IMG/VR virus record: IMGVR_UViG_3300042348_000043
Coordinates: 1-29,770 of that record
Reading direction: 5' to 3' (one strand)
DNA from: a virus
Lineage: Duplodnaviria > Caudoviricetes
Length of the DNA: 29,770 nucleotides
A program made the position numbers and the translations under genes. Below the pieces are notes generated by a model. That model was not told where the DNA came from, did not search any database, and worked only from the letters and a program-made list of their open reading frames with translations. Positions within the stretch are counted from its first letter, which is position 1, and every line of letters starts with the position of its first letter. This document shows positions 5,974-13,107 of this stretch, piece by piece.

Positions 5974-6095
5974 CTATAGACATAGAAGCCATAGAAGACA
6001 TAGATGTTAAATATTATAAGTAATACATTATAAGTACTTATAATATTAACTATTAATAATTATTATTATAAGTTTACTTTATAAGTACTTATATG
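5974..6095. repeat. CATAGA short repeats followed by an AT-rich tract of TTATAAGT repeats and palindromes
   Basis: TATAGA/CATAGA x4 at 5975-6004; TTATAAGT at 6014, 6028, 6066 and 6079; palindromes ATTATAAGTACTTATAAT (6027-6044) and TATAAGTACTTATA (6080-6093). Confidence 0.85.
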
Positions 6096-6125
6096 TAGGA
6101 TTGTCTCCTTAAAGGATAAAGACAC

Positions 6126-6488
6126 ATGACCAAGCCAACAGGCAATAAGATCGGAAGACCGTCTAAATCTGACCTTGTCGAAACAAAGTCACGAACTTTA
6201 GGTAAACGTGGTCGTCCCCCAGGTGATGCAGCCATTATCAATGACTATAAGCTTAGGATGTTGAACAGTCCTAAGAGTGCTAAGGTCTTAGAGAAAATAT
6301 ACGAAGCTGCCCTTAACGATGAACATGCACACCAAGCTGCTGCTTGGAAGCTGATTGTCGATAGAATTGTCCCCGTGTCTGCTTTCGATCAAAGCAAGCA
6401 AGCTGGTCAAATGCCGTCTATTAGCATCAACATCTCTGGTCTTAATGATCCCAAGGTGTCTACGTCCGATGAAGTGATTGACGTATGA
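6126..6488 (+). CDS. Terminase small subunit (putative)
   Basis: Directly upstream of TerL (ATGA overlap); AAAGGA SD; basic N-terminus with two GRP motifs, helical core and C-terminal beta strand ISINISG. Confidence 0.75.
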   Translation: MTKPTGNKIGRPSKSDLVETKSRTLGKRGRPPGDAAIINDYKLRMLNSPKSAKVLEKIYEAALNDEHAHQAAAWKLIVDRIVPVSAFDQSKQAGQMPSISINISGLNDPKVSTSDEVIDV

Positions 6489-7744
6489 CAGCCTTAAACT
6501 TTCAACTACTGAACTGGCAAAAGACTGTCTTCACCGACAATACTCGCTTCAAGATCGTGGCTGCTGGCCGTCGATGTGGTAAATCCCGACTGTCTGCGGT
6601 TACGCTGCTCATAGAGGCTTTAAACTGCCCTGAAGGCTCTAGCGTGATGTATGTGGCCCCTACGATGGGTCAAGCTAGATCGATTATCTGGGAACTGTTG
6701 CATGACCTCGGTAGGCCTGTCATCAAGTCCAGCCACGTGAACAACCTTGAGATTACGCTTCTCAATGGTCGTAAGATTCTTGTTCGTGGTGCTGACAATC
6801 CTGACAGCCTTCGTGGTGTGTCTTTGACTTATCTGGTGCTTGACGAGTGCGCCTTCATTAAGCAGGATGTGTGGGAGAAAATCCTTCGTGCTGCTTTGTC
6901 GGATCGCAAGGGTCGAGCATTGTTTATTTCCACTCCGTCTGGGCGTAACTGGTTCTACGATGTCTTCCAACTCGGACAGTCCGGTGAGGACGAAGAGTGG
7001 AAGTCTTGGCACTTTACCACCCAAGACAACGAAACGATTGACCCAAAGGAAATTGAGGCAGCCAAGCGAACACTAAGCTCCTTTGCTTTCAAGCAAGAGT
7101 ACTTGTCTTCGTTTGATACCGCTGGTGCTGATGTCTTCAAGGAACAATGGTTCAAGACTGGAAAAGAACCTCAGTATGGTTCTTATGTCGTGGCTATTGA
7201 CTTGGCAGGATTTGAGGATGTAGCAAAGAACGCAAGTGCTGCCAAGAAAAAGCTGGATGAATCTGCAATTGCTATCGTAAAGGTGACAGATGACGGTGAT
7301 TGGTTCGTACACAAAGTTGTTCATGGTCGGTGGGATATACGAGAGACTGCCGTAAATATCCTGAAGACTATCAGAGACTACGAGCCTATTGCTGTTGGTA
7401 TTGAGCGTGGTGCGCTTAAGAACGCTGTATTGCCTTATCTCAACGACTTGATGAGAAAGAACAACATCTATGCACACATTCAAGACCTTACTCACGGCAA
7501 CAAAAAGAAAACTGATCGTGTTATTTGGGCGCTGCAAGGGCGCATGGAACACGGTCGTGTCACTTTTAATGAAGACGAAGATTGGGACGAACTGAAGGAT
7601 CAGTTGATGATGTTCCCCACCAACGGCGTACACGACGATCTGGTGGATGCTTTGTCTTACATTGACCAATTAGCTGTCGTGTCCTACCAACAGGACTACG
7701 AAGAAGACGAATACATTATCCTTGACAAAATAGCGGGGTACTAA
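6485..7744 (+). CDS. terL: Terminase large subunit
   Basis: Walker A AGRRCGKS, LRG, Walker B LVLDE, ISTP coupling motif, nuclease IDLA and HDDLVDAL. Confidence 0.97.
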   Translation: MTALNFQLLNWQKTVFTDNTRFKIVAAGRRCGKSRLSAVTLLIEALNCPEGSSVMYVAPTMGQARSIIWELLHDLGRPVIKSSHVNNLEITLLNGRKILVRGADNPDSLRGVSLTYLVLDECAFIKQDVWEKILRAALSDRKGRALFISTPSGRNWFYDVFQLGQSGEDEEWKSWHFTTQDNETIDPKEIEAAKRTLSSFAFKQEYLSSFDTAGADVFKEQWFKTGKEPQYGSYVVAIDLAGFEDVAKNASAAKKKLDESAIAIVKVTDDGDWFVHKVVHGRWDIRETAVNILKTIRDYEPIAVGIERGALKNAVLPYLNDLMRKNNIYAHIQDLTHGNKKKTDRVIWALQGRMEHGRVTFNEDEDWDELKDQLMMFPTNGVHDDLVDALSYIDQLAVVSYQQDYEEDEYIILDKIAGY

Positions 7745-7905
7745 TGAAACCTGGACTGTACGCAAACATCAACGCAAAGCGTAAACGCATTGAAGCCGGT
7801 AGCGGCGAGAAGATGCGTAAGGTTGGAGCCAAGGGTGCTCCCACGGCTAAAGACTTCAAGGATGCGGCTAAGACCGCTAAGAAAGGTAAGAAAAATGGCT
7901 ACTAA
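7744..7905 (+). CDS. Small Lys-rich protein (53 aa, MKPGLYANINAKRKRIEAGSGEKMRKVGAKGAPTAKDFKDAAKTAKK...)
   Basis: Below the track cutoff; TAATG overlap with terL. The GLYANI..KRKRI motif is familiar from phage hypothetical proteins. Confidence 0.85.
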   Translation: MKPGLYANINAKRKRIEAGSGEKMRKVGAKGAPTAKDFKDAAKTAKKGKKNGY

Positions 7906-8002
7906 GAAAATGATCCCCATGAAAGAGTTTAAGCCCTGTCCTGGTTGTCCTACTCCGGCCAAGTGCAAGAAAGCCGGAAAGTGTTTAGCTAAGGCTAAGT
8001 AA
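7895..8002 (+). CDS. Small basic 4-Cys peptide (35 aa, MATKKMIPMKEFKPCPGCPTPAKCKKAGKCLAKAK)
   Basis: 3' part of track ORF 7790-8002; GAAAGG SD before ATG 7895; TAATG coupling to the next gene. Confidence 0.7.
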   Translation: MATKKMIPMKEFKPCPGCPTPAKCKKAGKCLAKAK

Positions 8003-8265
8003 TGGCTACCAAGGACTCCCGGCTTACCCGTGCAGGCGTGAGTGGCTATAACAAGCCTAAGCGCACGCCAGACCATCCTACCAAGAGCCACGTTGTTGTG
8101 GCCAAGGAAGGAGACAAGGTTAAAACAATTCGTTTTGGGCAGCAGGGAGTTACTGGTTCTCCTGAAGGCTCTAAACGCAATGAGGCTTTCAAAGCTCGAC
8201 ACGCTGCTAACATCGCCAAAGGCAAGATGTCTGCGGCTTATTGGGCCAACAAGGAAAAGTGGTGA
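8002..8265 (+). CDS. Conserved basic phage protein of unknown function (87 aa)
   Basis: IRFGQQG...FKARH...SAAYWANKEKW motifs; coupled on both sides. Confidence 0.85.
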   Translation: MATKDSRLTRAGVSGYNKPKRTPDHPTKSHVVVAKEGDKVKTIRFGQQGVTGSPEGSKRNEAFKARHAANIAKGKMSAAYWANKEKW

Positions 8266-10247
8266 TGGAATACGATAACAAGAAGGAAGAGTTTGAGGAG
8301 CCGACAGAGAACGAGAAAGAACTCACGGCTTGGATTACCGACCATATCATGCGGTGGCGTGACCATCGTGATGCCAACTACCTAGATTCTTGGCTTGAGT
8401 ATGAGCGTATCTTTCGTGGGCAGTGGGATTCAAATGATCGCACTCGTGATTCGGAACGCTCTCGCATCATCAGTCCAGCCACCCAACAAGCGGTAGAGAC
8501 TCGTCACGCTGAGATTGTAGAGGCTATCTTCGGTAACGGAGACTTCTTCGACATCGAGGATGATGTTCGTGATGTTGACGGCTCCCCGCTGGACATTGAA
8601 GCCCTTCGCAAGCAGTTGATGGAGGACTTCAAGAAGGACAAGATCAAGAAGTCTGTCGATCACATCGAATTGATGGCAGAAATCTACGGCACCGGCATCG
8701 GTGAAATCGTGGTCAAGTCCGAGATGGAGTACATTCCTGCTACTCAGGCCATTCCCGGTGTCACGGATGCGGCTGCTATCGGCGTTCAAGAGCAAGAGCG
8801 TGTAGCTATCAAGCTCAAGCCGGTCAATCCTAAGAACTTCCTGATTGATCCGAACGCTGAAAGCATCGAAGAAGCCCTCGGTGTGGCCATTGAGAAGTAT
8901 GTCTCTGTCCACAAGATCGTTGAAGGTATCGAAAACGGTATCTACAAGAAGGTAGACATCACTACCGGATACGAAGATCAGGAGCTTGAGCCTACTCAAG
9001 ACCCGAAACAGTTCCAAGACGACAAGGTAAAGCTGGTCACATACTACGGTTTGGTTCCTCGTGAACTGTTGTCTGAGAACGAAGACGAAGAATACGAAGA
9101 GATTTTCCCTGAAAACTCTGTCGGTGACAAGTATTGTAATCTGGTTGAAGCCATTGTCGTGATTGCCAACGACAGTATGCTGCTCAAAGCCGAAGAAAAT
9201 CCTTACATGATGAAGGATCGGCCTGTGGTGGCTTACCAAGATGACACCGTTCCTGGCCGTTTCTGGGGCCGTGGCACGGTTGAAAAGGCTTACAACATGC
9301 AGAAAGCCATTGATGGGCAATTACGCGCCCATATGGACTCTCTGGCCCTTACAACGGCACCCATGATTGCGATGGACGCTACGCGCCTGCCTCGTGGAGC
9401 CAAGTTTGAGGTTAAACCCGGTAAGGCTATCCTCACCAACGGCAACCCTGGCGAGATTCTGTTCCCGTTCAAGTTCGGTCAAACCGACGGCAATGCCGTG
9501 AATGCGGCTCAGAACTTTGAGCGGATGCTGTTACAGGCCACTGGAACCGTTGACAGCGCAGGAATGCCCTCCAATGTGCCCCGTGACGCTGGCGCAGGCG
9601 GTATGAGCATGGCGATGGCTGGAATTATCAAGAAGTACAAGCGTACGCTGACGAACTTCCAAGAAGATTTCATGATTCCGTTCATCAACAAGGCTGCTTT
9701 CCGCTACATGCAGTTCGATCCTGACCGTTATCCGACGGTGGATATGACGTTTGTACCAACTGCTTCGCTTGGCATCCTTGCCCGTGAGTTTGAACAGCAG
9801 CAAATGATTGCCCTGTTGCAGACTTTAGGCCCGGATACGCCTGTTCTGCCTCTGATTCTGCGTGGAATCCTCCAGAACAGCAGTCTGAGCAACCGTGGTG
9901 ACCTTCTGGCGGCTCTGGAGCAGATGTCTCAGCCCAATCCGCAGGCTCAAGAGGCTGCAATGCAGCAGCAACAGGCTCAGATGGCTCTGGTGCAGGCTCA
10001 GTTGCAGGAATCCCAGGCTAAGGCAGCACGGGAGCAGGCAGAGGCTCAGAAGGCCGCTGTTGAAGCTCAAGTTACGCCGCAACTGGCTCAAGCCAAGCTC
10101 ATCGCTGCCCTGTCTAACAACCTTAATGAGAACGACGAGTCTGCTGACTTTGCCCGTCGGGTGAAATTAGCCGAGATTGCGCTCAAAGAGAAGGACATTG
10201 ACAGCAACGAACGCATTGCTTTAGCACAAATGTCAAGAAAACAGTAA
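8265..10247 (+). CDS. Portal protein (podovirus/P22-like, with long C-terminal helix)
   Basis: Position, ~660 aa, YGTGI and FWGRG motifs, Gln/Ala-rich coiled-coil tail. Start at ATG 8265 (TGATG overlap, AAGGA SD). Confidence 0.9.
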   Translation: MEYDNKKEEFEEPTENEKELTAWITDHIMRWRDHRDANYLDSWLEYERIFRGQWDSNDRTRDSERSRIISPATQQAVETRHAEIVEAIFGNGDFFDIEDDVRDVDGSPLDIEALRKQLMEDFKKDKIKKSVDHIELMAEIYGTGIGEIVVKSEMEYIPATQAIPGVTDAAAIGVQEQERVAIKLKPVNPKNFLIDPNAESIEEALGVAIEKYVSVHKIVEGIENGIYKKVDITTGYEDQELEPTQDPKQFQDDKVKLVTYYGLVPRELLSENEDEEYEEIFPENSVGDKYCNLVEAIVVIANDSMLLKAEENPYMMKDRPVVAYQDDTVPGRFWGRGTVEKAYNMQKAIDGQLRAHMDSLALTTAPMIAMDATRLPRGAKFEVKPGKAILTNGNPGEILFPFKFGQTDGNAVNAAQNFERMLLQATGTVDSAGMPSNVPRDAGAGGMSMAMAGIIKKYKRTLTNFQEDFMIPFINKAAFRYMQFDPDRYPTVDMTFVPTASLGILAREFEQQQMIALLQTLGPDTPVLPLILRGILQNSSLSNRGDLLAALEQMSQPNPQAQEAAMQQQQAQMALVQAQLQESQAKAAREQAEAQKAAVEAQVTPQLAQAKLIAALSNNLNENDESADFARRVKLAEIALKEKDIDSNERIALAQMSRKQ

Positions 10248-10254
10248 AAAGTAC

Positions 10255-10283
10255 TTGACAAAAGTGTAAAAGTTTGGTATAAT
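10255..10283 (+). promoter_or_regulatory. Perfect sigma70 promoter (extended -10) for the head genes
   Basis: TTGACA-aaagtgtaaaagtttgg(17)-TATAAT. Confidence 0.92.
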
Positions 10284-10313
10284 ATACTATTATGAACTTT
10301 ATAGGACTCCTTC

Positions 10314-10550
10314 ATGGAACAATCCTTACAACAGTATTACGAGAATCAGTTTACTCTCTTCATCCAACCCGGATGGACTGACTTAGTAGAAGACTTGCAA
10401 CGATTAAAAGATAGCATCAACGATTTATCACTGGTAACGGACACACAAGACCTTTACTTCCGGAAAGGCCAGTTGGACATTCTTGAACTAATCTTACGAC
10501 GCAAGCAAACCTGCGAGGAAGTCTTTAAGCAGTTGGAGGAAGAAGAATGA
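10314..10550 (+). CDS. Conserved small helical protein of the head module
   Basis: GW...L.FRKGQL pattern typical of the small gene between portal and scaffold; AGGA SD. Confidence 0.8.
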   Translation: MEQSLQQYYENQFTLFIQPGWTDLVEDLQRLKDSINDLSLVTDTQDLYFRKGQLDILELILRRKQTCEEVFKQLEEEE

Positions 10551-10789
10551 AACGAATGTTTGAATTCGTCTGTGAAAACGGGCACTCGTTTGAGAAACTG
10601 ATTGACGATGGTATCCGTAGCGTGAAGTGCATCCACTGTGACACTACCGCTACTCGCGTTGTTTCTGCCCCTCGCGTGAACCTAGAAGGCATTACCGGGG
10701 CTTTCCCTGGTGCTTACAGCCGATGGGAGCGTGTGAGGGTGGAGAAACAGCAACAAGAACGCAAGAAGGCCGCCTCTCACGGCGAATAA
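10547..10789 (+). CDS. FmdB-like zinc-ribbon protein
   Basis: FEFVCENGHSFE...CIHC...RVVSAP; ATGA overlap. Confidence 0.75.
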   Translation: MKRMFEFVCENGHSFEKLIDDGIRSVKCIHCDTTATRVVSAPRVNLEGITGAFPGAYSRWERVRVEKQQQERKKAASHGE

Positions 10790-10840
10790 CCCGCTTGCAT
10801 TAGATTATCCTAGAACCCGTATGGGCAGGAAAGGTTAGGT

Positions 10841-11608
10841 ATGGCTCTTATTGAAAATGAAGACATGTCTCAGCAAAGCGAATTAGAGGCAGTTGAACAA
10901 CAGCAGGCTCAAGCAGCCGCTGCACCAGAAGCTCCCAAGATTCCCGATAAGTACAAGGGTAAGAGTCTTGAGGAGATTGTGACGATGCACCAAGAGGCTG
11001 AAAAGCTCATTGGTCGTCAGGCACAGGAGGTTGGTGAGGTTCGACGATTAGCTGATGAGCTACTGAAGCAACAACTCTCTCAGAAGAAAGAGAAGCCTCC
11101 AGAAGTAGAAAACGAATTAGACTTTTTTGAAGACCCCAAGTTAGCCGTTCAAAAGGCTGTAGCAAGTCATCCTGATGTTTTAGCTGCCAAGCAAGCTGCT
11201 ACGCAAATGCGTCAATTACAGACGCAAGCAGCACTGGCTAAGAAGCATCCGGACTTTGCTAATGTGGTTCAAGACCCTGAGTTTGCAGCGTGGGTTAAAT
11301 CTTCTCCGATGCGCGTGAACATGTACGCACTGGCTGATGCACAGTACGACTTTAACGCTGCTGATGAGTTGATTTCTACCTTCAAGGCTATCAAAGGCAC
11401 TCGTACTAACGAAGCGGTTACGGCTGCTAAGGAAGTTCGACAGACCGAGATGAAAGCCGCTGCTGTGGATGTAAGTGGAACCGGGGAGTCTTCTAAGAAA
11501 GTTTATCGCCGTGCCGACCTTATCCGGCTACGCATGACAGACCCTGCCCGTTACGAAGCCTTACAACCTGAAATCATGGCTGCGTACTCTGAAGGGCGGG
11601 TTAAATAA
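10841..11608 (+). CDS. Capsid scaffolding protein
   Basis: Directly upstream of the capsid gene; helical; PDKYKGKS...EAEKLIG N-terminal motif and AYSEGRVK C-terminus. Confidence 0.85.
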   Translation: MALIENEDMSQQSELEAVEQQQAQAAAAPEAPKIPDKYKGKSLEEIVTMHQEAEKLIGRQAQEVGEVRRLADELLKQQLSQKKEKPPEVENELDFFEDPKLAVQKAVASHPDVLAAKQAATQMRQLQTQAALAKKHPDFANVVQDPEFAAWVKSSPMRVNMYALADAQYDFNAADELISTFKAIKGTRTNEAVTAAKEVRQTEMKAAAVDVSGTGESSKKVYRRADLIRLRMTDPARYEALQPEIMAAYSEGRVK

Positions 11609-11631
11609 ATAACTTGTTTTAGGAGAATCAA

Positions 11632-12555
11632 ATGCCTTTAGGTACTAATAACGTTACCGTTACCACCGCTGCTACCTTCATTCCGGAGGTATGGAGTGAT
11701 GAGATCGTTGCTGCTTACAAGAAGTCTCTTGTTGCCGCTAACCTCATCAAGAAGATGAACTTCAAGGGCAAGAAGGGTGACACCGTTCACATTCCCGCCC
11801 CCACCCGTGGTGATGCTTCGGCCAAGGCCGCTGGCAGCCAAGTGACCCTGATCGCCGCTACCGAAGGCGAGAAGACGGTTGCTATCGACCAACACTGGGA
11901 ATACTCGCGTCTGATCGAAGACATCGTGGAAGCCCAAGCCCTGTCGTCGCTGCGTCAGTTCTACACGGACGATGCTGGCTACGCTCTGGGCCGTCAAGTG
12001 GACACGACCCTGATCCGTCTGGGCCGCAAGGTTCAAGGCGGTGGCGGTACGGCTGCTTACAGCGGTGCTTTCTCTGGTGCTGACGGCACGACGGCTTACA
12101 ACGCCGGTGCTAACACGGGTTCTGGCGCTCTGACCGACGCCGCTATCCGTCGTTCGATCCAGCGTCTTGACGACCAGGATGTGCCGATGGACGGTCGTTT
12201 CCTGATCGTTCCCCCGTCTACCCGTAACACCCTGATGGGCATTGCTCGTTTCACCGAGCAGGCTTTCGTGGGCGAGCAAGGCGGTAACAACACCATCCGT
12301 AACGGCGAAATCGGCAACGTGTACGGCATCCCCGTGTTCGTGACCTCTAATGCTGACACGACCTCTGGCTCTACGGCTACCCGGATCTGCTTGCTGGCTC
12401 ACAAGGACTTCGCTGTTCTGGTTGAGCAGATGGGTGTTCGTACCCAGACCCAGTACAAGCAAGAGTACCTCGGTACGCTGTTCACGGCTGACGTTCTGTT
12501 TGGCTGCGACGAACTGCGCGACGGCGCTGCTGTTGCTCTGGCTGTTCCGGCCTAA
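11632..12555 (+). CDS. Major capsid protein
   Basis: FIPEVWS, GDTVHIP, LDDQDVPMDGRFLIVPP, GEIGNVYGIPVFVTSN; AGGAG SD; strongly biased codon use; followed by a terminator. Confidence 0.93.
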   Translation: MPLGTNNVTVTTAATFIPEVWSDEIVAAYKKSLVAANLIKKMNFKGKKGDTVHIPAPTRGDASAKAAGSQVTLIAATEGEKTVAIDQHWEYSRLIEDIVEAQALSSLRQFYTDDAGYALGRQVDTTLIRLGRKVQGGGGTAAYSGAFSGADGTTAYNAGANTGSGALTDAAIRRSIQRLDDQDVPMDGRFLIVPPSTRNTLMGIARFTEQAFVGEQGGNNTIRNGEIGNVYGIPVFVTSNADTTSGSTATRICLLAHKDFAVLVEQMGVRTQTQYKQEYLGTLFTADVLFGCDELRDGAAVALAVPA

Positions 12556-12565
12556 GTAAACAACT

Positions 12566-12597
12566 AGGGAGGACTCCTACGGGGGTCTTCCCTTTTT
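12566..12597 (+). terminator. Rho-independent terminator after the capsid gene
   Basis: AGGGAGGACTCC-TACG-GGGGTCTTCCCT-TTTT hairpin with U-tract. Confidence 0.9.
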
Positions 12598-12613
12598 GTC
12601 ATTGGAGAATTGA

Positions 12614-12781
12614 ATGAAATTCATGTGCAAATATTCCGGTTCTATCTATTCGTTTGAGTTTGAGCACGACATCAAGGCAATGCTGACGCATCCTGACTAT
12701 GTTAAAGTAGACGAAGAAGAAGTCAAAGAAGAAGAATCTGCGCCTAAGCGTGGTCGTCCTGCTAAGAAAGACGAAGAATGA
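12614..12781 (+). CDS. Small protein with a C-terminal KRGRP (AT-hook-like) motif (55 aa)
   Basis: Below the track cutoff; GGAG SD; MKFMCKYSG...HPDY...PKRGRPAKKDEE; ATGA overlap with the next gene. Confidence 0.8.
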   Translation: MKFMCKYSGSIYSFEFEHDIKAMLTHPDYVKVDEEEVKEEESAPKRGRPAKKDEE

Positions 12782-13107
12782 GACAAGTATCCGTAGGTAA
12801 CAACCTAACAGCCGCGACAAAGACCACTGTTTACACTGTTCCTACGGGTTATTATGCTCTGTGGAACTTGTGTTATATAGTGAACCACACGGGCAACAAC
12901 AAAACCATTGATGTGTTCTGGTACGACAAGAGCACCAATGTAGAGATTAAAGTATTAGACGGTTACCTTCTAAGCCCAACACAGTTCCTTAAGTTTAACG
13001 AAGGTGCTTATATTGTCTTAGAAGAAGGCGATGAAATTAGAGTAGAGTCGGAATCAGCCTCAAGCATGAGCACGATCAACACTTTTGAAGTCATAAGGAA
13101 AGCATAA
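12778..13107 (+). CDS. Putative virion structural protein, beta-rich (109 aa)
   Basis: TTVYTVPTG...VLEEGDEIRV pattern typical of small phage structural beta-sandwich proteins; position. Confidence 0.7.
   Translation: MRQVSVGNNLTAATKTTVYTVPTGYYALWNLCYIVNHTGNNKTIDVFWYDKSTNVEIKVLDGYLLSPTQFLKFNEGAYIVLEEGDEIRVESESASSMSTINTFEVIRKA

Noticed and set aside
7722-7750. TTGACA near the end of terL
   Set aside because: No -10 hexamer at 16-18 bp spacing.
8430-9320. 296-aa minus-strand ORF
   Set aside because: Antisense shadow of the portal gene arising from codon bias; no SD or recognisable motifs.
11638-12462. 274-aa minus-strand ORF
   Set aside because: Antisense shadow of the highly codon-biased capsid gene.
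12530-12620. T7-style capsid frameshift or readthrough extension
   Set aside because: No slippery heptamer seen near the stop; TAA is followed by a strong terminator.
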